A stretch of 64,000 bases of DNA, taken from NCBI GenBank assembly GCA_029210645.1, contig JARGFT010000001.1:1035-65034 (forward strand), read 5' to 3'. Source of the stretch: Anaerosomatales bacterium. Its GTDB lineage: Bacteria > Actinomycetota > Coriobacteriia > Anaerosomatales > SLCP01. The position numbers and the translations under genes are program-made. Every line of letters begins with the position of its first letter. Position 1 is the stretch's first letter. Of this stretch, positions 9,528 to 19,484 are shown piece by piece. The notes below the pieces were generated by a model. That model searched no databases. It had not been told where the DNA came from and saw nothing but the letters and a program-made list of their open reading frames with translations.

Positions 9528-10492
9528 CACGCAGGCACGTGATGGAGTTCGAGCGGCCCCTCGTCGAACTCGAGGCCAAACTCGGGGAGCTGCGGCAGCT
9601 CGAGCTGACCGCGAACCCCGAACTTGCGGCAGAGGTCGCGGCCCTGGCCGTGGAGATCGAGGCGCTGCGCGAGAGCACCTATGCCGATCTCTCCGCGTGG
9701 GACCGCGTGCAGATCAGCCGCCACCCCGACCGTCCCAAGGCGCAGGACTACCTGGCTGCCATCTTCACCGACGTGGTCGAACTCCACGGTGACCGTTCGT
9801 ACGGCGACGACGAGGCCATCGTGGCTGCGCTCGCCACCATCGACGGCCGTCGCGTCGCGGTGCTCGGCCACCGCAAGGGCAAGAACACCCGAGAGAACAT
9901 CGCCCGCAACTTCGGCATGGCCCATCCCGAGGGCTTTCGCAAAGCGATGCGCATCATGCGGCTTGCCGAGAAGTTCGGACTCCCGCTCGTCACGCTGATC
10001 GACACCCCCGGGGCCTTTCCGGGCATCGAGGCCGAGGAGCGCGGACAGGCCTGGGCCATCGCGGAGTCCCTTTCGTTGCTCTCGGGGCTGCATGTCCCGG
10101 TCATCGCGGTGGGCATCGGGGAAGGTGGTTCGGGCGGCGCGCTCGCCATCGGCTTCGGCGATCGGCTCATCATGCTCGAGAACTCCTACTACTCGGTCAT
10201 CAGCCCCGAGGCGTGCGCATCGATCCTGCACAAGGACGCGGGCAAGGCCGCCGAAGTGGCGACGTGTCTCGCGATGACCGCGACCGATCTGGTCGGCCTC
10301 GGCATCGTCGACGAGATCATCCCTGAGCCGGTGGGCGGAGCGCACCGCGATCCGGGCGAGGTGTTCGGCGAGGTGCGGGGCCGCATCTCCGCGGCGCTGG
10401 CGGCGCTTTCGGGCAGCGACCCGGACGAGCTGGTGAGCATGCGGTATGCGAAGCTGCGGGCTGTGGGCGTCATCGAAGAAGTGCAAGGGTAA
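9524..10492 (+). CDS. accA: acetyl-CoA carboxylase carboxyltransferase alpha subunit
   Basis: RHPDRPKAQDY, IDTPGAFPG and EERGQA motifs. ATGA overlap with the accD stop. Confidence 0.9.
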   Translation: MTRRHVMEFERPLVELEAKLGELRQLELTANPELAAEVAALAVEIEALRESTYADLSAWDRVQISRHPDRPKAQDYLAAIFTDVVELHGDRSYGDDEAIVAALATIDGRRVAVLGHRKGKNTRENIARNFGMAHPEGFRKAMRIMRLAEKFGLPLVTLIDTPGAFPGIEAEERGQAWAIAESLSLLSGLHVPVIAVGIGEGGSGGALAIGFGDRLIMLENSYYSVISPEACASILHKDAGKAAEVATCLAMTATDLVGLGIVDEIIPEPVGGAHRDPGEVFGEVRGRISAALAALSGSDPDELVSMRYAKLRAVGVIEEVQG

Positions 10493-10537
10493 GTACCAGT
10501 CCGAGACCCGCTTCACCACCTGGGGGTGTTGTCCGCC

Positions 10538-11773
10538 ATGTTCGACCACGACATCAAACGAGTAGGGATCCTCTTCTCGGGCGGCCCCGCGCCGGCGGCT
10601 AACGCCGTCATCTCGGCTGCGGCACTGAACTTCCTGAACTCCGGGATATCGGTGTACGGGTTCCTCGACGGCTACGAGAACCTCGAGCGCTACTCTGACG
10701 AGAGCCCGCTCGTCGAGGGCGAGCACTACACCTGCTTGCGGCGCAACGACGTCTCGCAGATCCGCAACCGCAAGGACATCGTGCTGCGCACCTCGCGCGC
10801 GAACCCCGGCAAGAAGATCACCTCCTTCGACGACCTCGCAGATCCCGACCGCAACGCCAGGCTGCGTGCGGTCTACGGTGCGCTCGAATCCCTCGGCATC
10901 GACGCGCTCGTCTCGCTCGGCGGTGACGACACACTCAAGACGGCGAACTACCTCTACCGCATGCAGGAGGTGCTGCCCGACCTCAGACGGCTCGCCGTTG
11001 TCCACCTGCCCAAGACGATCGATAACGACTACTTCGGTATCGACTGGACCTTCGGGTTCTTCTCGGCCGCGCACTTTGCCGCCGCCGAGATCCGCAACCT
11101 CGGCGCCGATGCCCGGTCGACCCAGGTCTGGTACGTGCTCGAGATAATGGGTCGCAAGGCAGGCTGGCTCACCTATGCCTCCGGTATAGCCGGAGAGGCC
11201 ACGCGTATGCTCTCGGTCGAGGACTTCGATGACGGGTTCGACGCCAGGGCCACCGCGGAGCACATGGTCGACCTGCTCATGGCGCGGGAGCGCGACGGTC
11301 GGCGTCACGGCATCATCTGCGTCGCCGAGGGCCTGGCGGACCTGCTCCCCGACGACCAGCGGCCCCAGTCGGTCGACGAGCACGGGAACATCCAGCTCGG
11401 CGCGGCACACGTCGGACGCACGCTTGCCGAGGAGATGGAGCGGGTCTACGAGGAGCGCAACGGGCACAGCATCAAGGTCCGTCACAAGCAGATCGGCTAC
11501 GAGACCCGTTGTTCGGAGCCGAGCGCGTTCGACGTGCTGCTCGGCACGCAACTGGGCGTCGGGGCGCACCGGGCCATCATCGAGGAGCGCCTGTCCGGAC
11601 ACATGGTGAGCGTCGAGAAGCAGCTCCAGCTGAAGTACGTTCCCTTCGACGAGCTCATCGATGCAGAGACCCTCAAGACCAGGGTGCGGCTCATCGAGCG
11701 CGACAGCGACTTCTACCGGCTCGCCCGGTCGCTGGAGTATCAGAAGACCGAACACCCCGAACCGGAGTGCTGA
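10538..11773 (+). CDS. pfp: 6-phosphofructokinase, probably PPi-dependent type
   Basis: GILFSGGPAPAAN (a GGPAP variant instead of GGDAPG) and PKTIDND. The start is either ATG 10538 or GTG 10526. Confidence 0.8.
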   Translation: MFDHDIKRVGILFSGGPAPAANAVISAAALNFLNSGISVYGFLDGYENLERYSDESPLVEGEHYTCLRRNDVSQIRNRKDIVLRTSRANPGKKITSFDDLADPDRNARLRAVYGALESLGIDALVSLGGDDTLKTANYLYRMQEVLPDLRRLAVVHLPKTIDNDYFGIDWTFGFFSAAHFAAAEIRNLGADARSTQVWYVLEIMGRKAGWLTYASGIAGEATRMLSVEDFDDGFDARATAEHMVDLLMARERDGRRHGIICVAEGLADLLPDDQRPQSVDEHGNIQLGAAHVGRTLAEEMERVYEERNGHSIKVRHKQIGYETRCSEPSAFDVLLGTQLGVGAHRAIIEERLSGHMVSVEKQLQLKYVPFDELIDAETLKTRVRLIERDSDFYRLARSLEYQKTEHPEPEC

Positions 11774-11820
11774 CAGGTCCCGTGGAGCGCGGCCGGCCCG
11801 GTCGGCCCCGAGGAGGTAGC

Positions 11821-12402
11821 GTGAAGGAGCTCGATCGCATCATCGGCCGCGAGACCATCGAGCGGTTCGCCGCCGTGGGGCGCGATCTCTTCGTGACCGG
11901 CGCCGTCTCGAGTCACGGAGGCAACCTGTCCGAGCGCCACGGTGACCGCATCGTGATAACCCGGCGCGGCTCGATGCTCGGCCGCCTCTCCGAGCACGAC
12001 GTGGTGTGGACCGATCTGGCCGCATGCGAGAGGGACGCGGAGTGCAGCCGGGAGATCGTGGTACACCGGGCTATCTATCGGGCGACTGATGCCCGCGCTA
12101 TCGTGCATGCACACACGATCCACACGGTGTGGCGCTCGATGATCTCGGACGAGATCGAGCCCATCGACTCCGAGGGGCGCTACGTGCTGGGCAGCGTTCC
12201 GGTGGTCGAGGCGGTAGAAACCATCGCCTCTCCCGAGGCGGGGGAGCTTCTCGCAGCGGCTCTCGCGGATCACCCCGTCGCCGTCCTGCGTACGCACGGT
12301 CCCTTCGCCCGCGGCGCTACACTCGAGGAGGCCTTCTACCACGTGAGCGCGCTGGAAGCCTCATGCCAGCTGCTGGATCTGAGGGACGGCGCGCGGACCT
12401 GA
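11821..12402 (+). CDS. class II aldolase/adducin-domain protein
   Basis: SSHGGNLSER..IVITRRGS.. and IVHAHT motifs. GTG 11821 is preceded by AGGAGG (11811-11816). Confidence 0.75.
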   Translation: MKELDRIIGRETIERFAAVGRDLFVTGAVSSHGGNLSERHGDRIVITRRGSMLGRLSEHDVVWTDLAACERDAECSREIVVHRAIYRATDARAIVHAHTIHTVWRSMISDEIEPIDSEGRYVLGSVPVVEAVETIASPEAGELLAAALADHPVAVLRTHGPFARGATLEEAFYHVSALEASCQLLDLRDGART

Positions 12403-12610
12403 GGCCCGCACGCCGGGACGTGGGGCCGCGACGTAGCGAACGGCCGGGCGTTCCTGCACCGATGGAAGACCCTACGGGGCATCCGAGCAAACACACCGAT
12501 AGTGCGGCACGCCACTGAGCAGCGGCGTTACTGCGTATCGGGTGAGGGGGACACTCTTGATACGGGAGCGCCGAGATGCTCCGGACGCAAATGAGAAGGA
12601 GGCCTGACCC

Positions 12611-12880
12611 ATGACTGACGCAGCACGCGATGCCTACAAAGCCAAGGCTGAGGCCAAGCTTGACGAGTGGAGTGCCAGACTCAAGCAACTGGAGGCCAAA
12701 GCGCGCGCGTCCTCGGCTGACGCCGCTATCGAGTTCGACGAGGCAGCCGATGAGCTCCGTGCCCGGATCGACGAGCTGCGCGCCAAGGCGAGCGAAGAGA
12801 GAGACGATCTCGAAGAGGAGATCGAGCGACTGGGACGCTCCGCTGAAGGCGCGTGGGAAGCCATCAAGGACCGTCTGTGA
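12611..12880 (+). CDS. hypothetical 89-aa acidic coiled-coil protein
   Basis: ATG is preceded by GAAGGAGG. The sequence is heptad-like and rich in A/E/K/R/D, and I recognise no family. Confidence 0.45.
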   Translation: MTDAARDAYKAKAEAKLDEWSARLKQLEAKARASSADAAIEFDEAADELRARIDELRAKASEERDDLEEEIERLGRSAEGAWEAIKDRL

Positions 12881-12897
12881 GATGAAGGGCAGGCCGA

Positions 12898-13680
12898 GTG
12901 ACACACAGCGATGACGGGGACAAGCCAGACCTGCATCTGAGCCGGTCGCTGGAGAAACCGTCCCTCCTGGAGCAGGTGCAGGGCGCGGAGACAGAGTTTC
13001 TCGCCGGCAAGCGGCAGCACTCAGACAACGTGGAGAGTGCGGTGCGGTTCTTCCTGGAGTTCCTGCGGGGCTTCGAGTTTCTCTCCATCGAGGAGCCAAC
13101 CGTCACCGTCTTCGGGTCGGCTAGGTTTCCTGACGGCCACCGGTACTACGAACTCGCCCGCAAGATGGGTTCTGCCCTCGCGCGTGCCGGCTTTGCGGTC
13201 ATGACCGGCGCCGGTCCGGGCATCATGGAGGCCGCCAACCGCGGAGCCAAGGAGGCGGGCGGGCTGTCGATCGGGGCGAACATACACCTGCCCCAGGAGC
13301 AGCACGCAAACCCCTACGTCGACAGGCTCATCGACTTCGAGCACTTCTTCGTACGCAAGGTGATGCTGGTCAAGTACTCCTGCGCGTTCGTGATCATGCC
13401 GGGCGGCTTCGGAACGCTCGACGAACTGTTCGAGACGCTCACCCTCATGCAGACCGGCAAGATGGTCGACTTCCCGATCGTGGCGTTGGGCACGGAGTTC
13501 TGGAGTCCGATGATCGATTTCTTCACCGCGAAGTTGGCGGCCGAGGGCACGATCGATCCGTCCGATGTGGACCGCATCTTCGTCACCGACTCGTGCGAGA
13601 ACGCGATCACGTTCATCGACGAGCACCCGAGGAACTGCAACAACCGCGTGCGGGGCACAGACGACGGGATACACGAGTAG
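12898..13680 (+). CDS. LOG family protein (TIGR00730, cytokinin riboside 5'-monophosphate phosphoribohydrolase-like)
   Basis: VTVFGSAR, GAGPGIMEAANRGA and PGGFGTLDELFE motifs, with the long N-terminal extension seen in actinobacterial members. Confidence 0.85.
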   Translation: MTHSDDGDKPDLHLSRSLEKPSLLEQVQGAETEFLAGKRQHSDNVESAVRFFLEFLRGFEFLSIEEPTVTVFGSARFPDGHRYYELARKMGSALARAGFAVMTGAGPGIMEAANRGAKEAGGLSIGANIHLPQEQHANPYVDRLIDFEHFFVRKVMLVKYSCAFVIMPGGFGTLDELFETLTLMQTGKMVDFPIVALGTEFWSPMIDFFTAKLAAEGTIDPSDVDRIFVTDSCENAITFIDEHPRNCNNRVRGTDDGIHE

Positions 13681-13689
13681 CGACCGGCG

Positions 13690-15759
13690 TCATGCCCGCC
13701 AGAGTGCCCGGACACCCGCCCGCGGGTCGGCCACGTGACTGGTGTGACCACCGGCCGGAGTCGTGGCGTCCCCCGGTCCACCGTCGCCCACTACCTCCTC
13801 GTCGAAGCACCGCCTCACCGCAGGACTCAGGAACCGCGAGGGCTGCGCGTAGCCGTGACGGTCGGAGCCGCCCTGCGGCTGGACGTAGTAGCGCACGGGA
13901 ACGGTGACGGCGAGCCAGTCGCGCGCCCGCGTGCACGCGACGTAGAAGAGGCGGCGCTCCTCGTCGATCTCCTCGGCACTGCCGCACGACATGTCCGAGG
14001 GGATGTTGCCGTCGGCAGCGTGGATGACGTAGACGGCGTCGAACTCCAGTCCCTTGGCCGAGTGGATGGTCGAGAGCACCAGGTACTCCTCGTCGAGGAG
14101 GGGAGGTCCCGCGAGGTCCTGTGTGTAGGCGGGCGGGTCGATCGCCAGCTCGGCGAGGAGCCGCTCCCGGGTCCGGAAGCGCGATGCCATCGCCTCGATG
14201 CGCTCGAGGTCGCCGATACGGGCATCCGCGGCATCGTAGCGCATGCGGCAGAGCGGTGCGTAGAAGAGCCGGGCTGCATGCACCTGTGCCGGGAGATGGT
14301 CCGGCTCGCTGCTGGCAAGACCTCTCATCAGCGCCACGAAGTCCGCCCAGGCCGGTGCCGCGGAGGCGGGAACGCGGCGGCCAACCCAGGTCTCGAAGTC
14401 GCCGCCGGCCCCGGCCAGCGTATCGGCCAGAGTCGCCGCCGTCTTCGGCCCGACGCCGGGCAGCAGCCCCAGTGACCGCACCGCGGCGATCCGGTCGAAG
14501 GGGTTCTCCGCGAGACGGAGTATCGCCATGAGGTCCTTGACGTGGGCGGCTTCGACGAACTTCAGCCCTCCGTACTTGACGAAGGGGATGTCGCGCCGGC
14601 CGAGTTCGATCTCGAGCACGGCGGCGTGGTGAGCCGCCCGGAAGAGCACCGCCTGGCGGGTGAGCGCCACCCCTTCCTCTCGTCGCTCGAGGATGCGGTC
14701 GGTCACCCATGACGCCTGTTCGTGCTCGTCGACACACGTGACCAGCGCGGGCCTGGCCCCGCCGTCCCGGGCCGCAACGACCGTCTTCTCGCGGGACTCG
14801 TGGGCTTCGGCCATGAGCGCGTTGCCCACGGAGAGCACCGGGCCCGTGGACCGGTGGTTTCGCTCGAGCGTGACCACGGTCGCATCCGGGAAGCGCTCCT
14901 CGAAGTCGAGGATGTTGCGAACGGTCGCCGCGCGGAACGAGTAGATCGCCTGGGCATCGTCGCCGACGGCGGTCACGCCCTTCCCGTCAGGACACAGGGC
15001 CGAGATGATCTCGGCCTGCAGCACGTTGGTGTCCTGGTACTCGTCGACGAGCACGTGGTCGAAGCGTTCGCGTACGCGCTCACCTGCAGGCGAGGTCAGG
15101 AGGGCGTGCCAGAAGAGCAGCAGATCGTCGTAGTCAAGCACGTGCTGCTCTTCCTTGCGGTCGGTGTAGGCGTCGAAGAGCCGGGAGAGATCGTCGGCGC
15201 ACTCACTGCACCACGGGAAGCGCGTGGCGAGCGCCTCGGCCAGCGTCTCCCGGGCGTTCACGCACCGGCTGTAGATATCCAGGCACGTCGACTTCTGGGG
15301 GAAGCGGTGTCCTGCGCCGCCGAGTTCGAGATCGGTGCGGCACACGTGCATGAGGTCCTCGGCATCCGCCCGGTCCAGGATCGTGAATGACGCAGCCAGT
15401 CCGAGGTCGCGGGCGTGGACGCGCAACAGGTGAGATGAGACCGAGTGGAACGTCCCGCCCAACACCCGTGAGGTGGCGTTGCCGGAGGCGCCGGGCATCG
15501 ATCCTGCCAGGGTCGAGACGCGCGAGATCATCTCAGCCGCGGCCCGGCGGGTGAAGGTCAGCAGCGTGATGCGCGCAGGATCGGCTCCGCGTTCGACGAG
15601 ATGGGCGACCCGGTGCGCGAGCGTCAGCGTCTTGCCCGTCCCGGCTCCCGCGACGATGAGCAGCGGGCCGTCGCCGTGCGTCACGGCGGCACGTTGCCGC
15701 TCGTCGAGGTGCGCGAGTGTGTCCTGATCCGTCGGCGGCGAGTAAGTGACGTGGTCCAT
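13690..15759 (-). CDS. UvrD/PcrA-family ATP-dependent DNA helicase
   Basis: Walker A AGAGTGKT, DEYQDT, and the VACTRAR motif near the C-terminus. ATG 15759 is preceded by GAGGAG. The longer track ORF (to 15870) would run through the LexA box. Confidence 0.85.
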   Translation of the reverse strand: MDHVTYSPPTDQDTLAHLDERQRAAVTHGDGPLLIVAGAGTGKTLTLAHRVAHLVERGADPARITLLTFTRRAAAEMISRVSTLAGSMPGASGNATSRVLGGTFHSVSSHLLRVHARDLGLAASFTILDRADAEDLMHVCRTDLELGGAGHRFPQKSTCLDIYSRCVNARETLAEALATRFPWCSECADDLSRLFDAYTDRKEEQHVLDYDDLLLFWHALLTSPAGERVRERFDHVLVDEYQDTNVLQAEIISALCPDGKGVTAVGDDAQAIYSFRAATVRNILDFEERFPDATVVTLERNHRSTGPVLSVGNALMAEAHESREKTVVAARDGGARPALVTCVDEHEQASWVTDRILERREEGVALTRQAVLFRAAHHAAVLEIELGRRDIPFVKYGGLKFVEAAHVKDLMAILRLAENPFDRIAAVRSLGLLPGVGPKTAATLADTLAGAGGDFETWVGRRVPASAAPAWADFVALMRGLASSEPDHLPAQVHAARLFYAPLCRMRYDAADARIGDLERIEAMASRFRTRERLLAELAIDPPAYTQDLAGPPLLDEEYLVLSTIHSAKGLEFDAVYVIHAADGNIPSDMSCGSAEEIDEERRLFYVACTRARDWLAVTVPVRYYVQPQGGSDRHGYAQPSRFLSPAVRRCFDEEVVGDGGPGDATTPAGGHTSHVADPRAGVRALWRA

Positions 15760-15815
15760 GAGGGGCTCCTCGGCAGGGTGTGGAACCGAGTTTAGCAGCG
15801 AAGACCGGTATGTGT

Positions 15816-15829
15816 CGAACATATGTTCG
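15816..15829. promoter_or_regulatory. Gram-positive type LexA (SOS) box
   Basis: CGAACATATGTTCG is a perfect CGAAC-N4-GTTCG palindrome, 57-70 nt upstream of the helicase ATG and in the divergent region shared with the MFS gene. Confidence 0.6.
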
Positions 15830-15883
15830 TATGATTGTCCCGCCGCGTTCCGGGGGAACCATACGGGCATGGGCCGATGAGGG

Positions 15884-17257
15884 GTGGGCGCTATCGTGGG
15901 ACAGAGGGAGCCGAGCAGCCGACAGATACTCGTCGTCTACCTGGCCTCCGGAGGGTTTTTCACGCTGGCGGCCTCGCTCATCTGGGGAGTCAACACGCTC
16001 TTCCTGCTCGACGCGGGACTCGATATCTTCCAGGTCATGCTCGTCAATGCGGCGTTCAGCGCGGGGCAGGTGCTCTTCGAGGTGCCTACCGGAGTCATCG
16101 CGGACACCATCGGCCGCAAGGCCTCATACCTCCTGGGTCTTGCGAGCCTGCTGGTCGCCACGCTGCTCTACATGGCTTCAGCCGAGTACGCGTGGGGGTT
16201 CTGGGCGTTTGTCGGGGCGTCCGTCCTGCTCGGCTTCGGGTTCACCTGCCAGACGGGAGCCGTTGACGCGTGGATGGTCGATGCACTCAACTTCCTCGAG
16301 TACGAAGGGCTGCGCGAGCAGGTGTTCGCGCGTGCGGGCATGGTCTCCGGCGCGGCGATGCTCGTCGGGACGCTCTCGGGGGGGTTCCTCGGTCAGGTGA
16401 ACCTCTCGGTGCCCTATCTCGTGCGCTCGGGAATCCTTGGACTGGCATTCGTGTTCGTGCTCTTCACCATGAGAGAGGTCGGCTTCACCCCGAGGGCGCT
16501 GAAGTTGAGCCGTTTCGGCGCCGAGACCCGTGTGATCTTTAACGCGGGCATCCAGTACGGCTGGCGGCACCGGGTCGTGCGGCCCATGTTGTTCGTCTCC
16601 GCCGTCCAGGGCGTCTTCATGCTGTACTTCTTCTACTCGATGGCCCCATTCGCGCTCGATCTGCTCGGGCGTCCGGACCTCGTCTGGGTCGCCGGCGTGC
16701 TGGCGGCCCTGTTCGGCCTGGCGGGTATCGGCGGCAACGCGCTTGTCGGACCGGTGATGCGCTCGAAGAGCGGCCGACGGCGCCCGTCGTCGGTGCTCGC
16801 GGTCATGGCCGTGCTCACGGCGGTCTCGGCCGCTGCAATAGGCGTGATCGGCCTGCTCGCCCCCGAAGGCGGGAGCCTCATTGCCTTTGCACTCGCGATC
16901 GGTATCGGCGGCGTGTTCTGGGGCGTGTTCTTCGGTGTCATGCAGCCCATCGCTCAGGCATACCTCAACGAGCACATCCCGTCGGCGCAGCGCGCGACCG
17001 TGCTCTCGGTCGCATCGTTCTTCTCGGAGGCAGGTGGCATGGCCGGACAACCGGCGTTGGGCTGGATTGCGCGGGCGACGTCCATACCCGTCGGCTACCT
17101 GGTGGGCGCGGTCTTCATGGGCGTCGCGGCACCGCTCTACCGCATGGCGGGACGGGGCGAGGGCGGGGAAGGCGGCATGGCGACAGCAGCCGAGGAGGTT
17201 CCGGTGGCGGTCGGCGAGGTCGCGCCCTGCGTCGGATGCAGGGCGGGCAGCGACTGA
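15884..17257 (+). CDS. MFS transporter
   Basis: 457 aa with about 12 predicted hydrophobic spans and a D-R/K-x-G-R-K-like loop (ADTIGRK) between TM2 and TM3. Confidence 0.75.
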   Translation: MGAIVGQREPSSRQILVVYLASGGFFTLAASLIWGVNTLFLLDAGLDIFQVMLVNAAFSAGQVLFEVPTGVIADTIGRKASYLLGLASLLVATLLYMASAEYAWGFWAFVGASVLLGFGFTCQTGAVDAWMVDALNFLEYEGLREQVFARAGMVSGAAMLVGTLSGGFLGQVNLSVPYLVRSGILGLAFVFVLFTMREVGFTPRALKLSRFGAETRVIFNAGIQYGWRHRVVRPMLFVSAVQGVFMLYFFYSMAPFALDLLGRPDLVWVAGVLAALFGLAGIGGNALVGPVMRSKSGRRRPSSVLAVMAVLTAVSAAAIGVIGLLAPEGGSLIAFALAIGIGGVFWGVFFGVMQPIAQAYLNEHIPSAQRATVLSVASFFSEAGGMAGQPALGWIARATSIPVGYLVGAVFMGVAAPLYRMAGRGEGGEGGMATAAEEVPVAVGEVAPCVGCRAGSD

Positions 17258-17344
17258 TGGTGCCCGGGGCGGGGATCGAACCCGCACGATGTTTCCATCA
17301 CCGGTTTTTGAGACCGGCGCGTCTGCCTGTTCCGCCACCCGGGC
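17258..17344 (-). tRNA. tRNA-Leu (anticodon CAA), type II with long variable arm and encoded CCA
   Basis: The reverse complement folds as acceptor GCCCGGG/CCCGGGC, anticodon stem CCGGU/ACCGG with loop CUCAAAA, T-arm GCGGG-UUCGAUC-CCCGC, and 3' ACCA. Confidence 0.9.
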
Positions 17345-17472
17345 CGGGGTATGCCGCCCGCCGATTGTACCGGAGCACTCCTGCACTCGCCAGCGGCCGG
17401 CGTCGACATCCGCGCGGCTCGCGGGGCTTGTCAGGGGGCGTGAGGAGGCCACTCTAGGGCTATACTCTCCCT

Positions 17473-18906
17473 ATGTCCGGACTCCTCGACACCATCTCCG
17501 CACACGACCCGGTTCTCGGGCGTCACCTTCTCAACGTCGCCCAGAACCTGCAGCTCGTCGCAGACCTCGGCTACGGTGACGTGGCGCTTGCGGTGCCGGG
17601 TGCCGACGGAGCACTCGCGGTCGCCGCCGATGCGCGTCCCGTGACGGCTGTCGCGGCGCTGGCCGGCTCGCGGGTGGGAGCGAACCTCTCGCCGGAGCGG
17701 GAGAGCGAGGCCTACGAGGCCGCCCGCCTCGGCCGTCTTGTCCAGGGCACCAGGCGCCGAATCACGCGCGGGATCTCCTACACCTCGGCTGCATATCCGG
17801 TCGGCCCCGCGGGTGATCCGGCTGCGGTGATCGTCCGCAACGTGGCGCTCCAGGTGCTCGATGCGCCCGGTGCGATGGAGACGCAGTTCATGCAGGCGGC
17901 CGAGGACCTGCTCAAGGTGTTGTGCGTCGCTCCGCTCACCACCGCCGGGGGAGACACCTTTTCCACCGTGCGCGTCGCCGGCGACGGCGTGCTGCGCCTC
18001 GACACCGATGGCCGGGTCGCATACGCGAGCCCCAACGCCGTCAATATCATGCGCCTGGCGGGTTTCGAGGGCGCAGTGCCCGGTACGGTCGGGACGCGTC
18101 TGCCCGGCGGCCCTGCCGCGCTCGCGCCCGTCATGCAGGGGCGCTCGGGTACTGCGGCGGGCACGGAAACCGAGGTCGGAGAGCGGGTGCTCGACTACCG
18201 TGCGATCCGTCTCGAGCACGGCGTGCTCGTCCTCGTCCAGGACCGCACCGAGGCGTACCGTCGCGAGCAGGAGATCAAGGTCAAGGAGGCGACGATCCGC
18301 GAGGTCCACCACCGGGTGAAGAACAACCTGCAGACCATCGCGAGCCTCCTGCGCATCCAAGCGCGTCGCGCCGAGACCGACGAGGCCAGGCGCGAGTTGG
18401 CAGAGGCCGTCGAGCGGGTCTCGTCGATGGCGGTGGTCCACGACATGCTGGCGTCTTCGACCGAGGAGCGCATCGACTTCACCGAGGCGGCGCGTACCGT
18501 CGTAGATCAGGTCCGGCGGGGGCTGGCCGGGGAGAGCAAAGCCGTCTCGGTGAGCGTCAACGGGTCGACGGGCCTGGTGCCCTCCTACGTCGCGACCTCG
18601 CTCGCGCTCATCGTCGCCGAACTCGTCCACAACGCCATCGAGCACGGATTCGCCGACCGTGACGGCGGGGAGGTGGAGGTAGCGATGCGGCGTCTCATCG
18701 GCGAGCTCGTGCTCACCGTGCGCGACGACGGTACCGGTCTTCCCCAAGGATTCGACCCGCACTCGGCCACCAACCTCGGCCTGGCGATCGTGCGTACGGT
18801 GGTCGAGGACAACCTTCACGGCACCATCGCGTTCAGCGGCGGACGCGGCACCACGGTCACTGTCCGGTTCCCGCTCGCAGACGATCCGACACCGGGGAAG
18901 GAGTGA
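17473..18906 (+). CDS. pdtaS: sensor histidine kinase, PdtaS-like (HisKA_2/HWE-type H-box)
   Basis: H-box HHRVKNNLQTIASLLRIQ with a C-terminal HATPase and N-terminal GAF/PAS-like region. It is paired with the ANTAR regulator downstream. Confidence 0.8.
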   Translation: MSGLLDTISAHDPVLGRHLLNVAQNLQLVADLGYGDVALAVPGADGALAVAADARPVTAVAALAGSRVGANLSPERESEAYEAARLGRLVQGTRRRITRGISYTSAAYPVGPAGDPAAVIVRNVALQVLDAPGAMETQFMQAAEDLLKVLCVAPLTTAGGDTFSTVRVAGDGVLRLDTDGRVAYASPNAVNIMRLAGFEGAVPGTVGTRLPGGPAALAPVMQGRSGTAAGTETEVGERVLDYRAIRLEHGVLVLVQDRTEAYRREQEIKVKEATIREVHHRVKNNLQTIASLLRIQARRAETDEARRELAEAVERVSSMAVVHDMLASSTEERIDFTEAARTVVDQVRRGLAGESKAVSVSVNGSTGLVPSYVATSLALIVAELVHNAIEHGFADRDGGEVEVAMRRLIGELVLTVRDDGTGLPQGFDPHSATNLGLAIVRTVVEDNLHGTIAFSGGRGTTVTVRFPLADDPTPGKE

Positions 18907-19484
18907 GGCCCGTGCGCGTGCTCATCGCCGAGGACGAGGCCCTCATCCGCATGGACCTTCGCGAGATGCTCGAGGAGGACGGCCACGAGGTCGTGGGAGA
19001 GGCGGGAGACGGCGAGTCCGCGGTCGAGATGGCCCGGGACCTCGCGCCCGACGTCGTGTTCATGGACATCGAGATGCCGGTGATGAACGGTCTGGATGCC
19101 GCGTGCATCCTCGGAGCCGAGCAGGTGGCTCCCGTGGTGATGGTCACCGCCTTTTCGCAGGCCAGCTACGTGGACCGGGCGTGCGACGCGGGGGCCATGG
19201 GCTACCTGGTCAAGCCGTTCTCGAAGGGCGATATCGTCCCCGCGATGCAGATCGCAACGTCGCGGTTCATCGAGTCCCGTCAGCTTGCCGAGGAGATCGA
19301 CGATCTCAAGGAGCGCCTCGCGACCCGCACGCTCGTCGACCGGGCCAAGGGCGCACTCATGGGGCGGGGCATGACCGAACCCGAGGCGTTCCGGCGTCTC
19401 CAGAAGATGGCGATGGACAAGCGGCTGACATTGAAGCAGGTCGCCGAGGCGGTTCTGCTCGCAGAGGAGGCCGCCGAGCGGTAA
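18903..19484 (+). CDS. pdtaR: response regulator with ANTAR RNA-binding output domain, PdtaR-like
   Basis: REC domain (VLIAEDE.., DVVFMDIEMP, GYLVKPF) plus ANTAR (LATRTLVDRAKGALM...EPEAFRRLQKMAMDKRLTLKQVAEAVL). GTGA overlap with the pdtaS stop. Confidence 0.85.
   Translation: MRPVRVLIAEDEALIRMDLREMLEEDGHEVVGEAGDGESAVEMARDLAPDVVFMDIEMPVMNGLDAACILGAEQVAPVVMVTAFSQASYVDRACDAGAMGYLVKPFSKGDIVPAMQIATSRFIESRQLAEEIDDLKERLATRTLVDRAKGALMGRGMTEPEAFRRLQKMAMDKRLTLKQVAEAVLLAEEAAER

Noticed and set aside
9497-11755. 752-aa ORF on the minus strand opposite accA and pfp
   Set aside because: It is antisense to two genes with unmistakable conserved motifs. Its product is low-complexity (Arg/Gly/Asp/Val-rich) with no recognisable motif. 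This is a typical stop-codon-poor antisense frame of a GC-rich genome.
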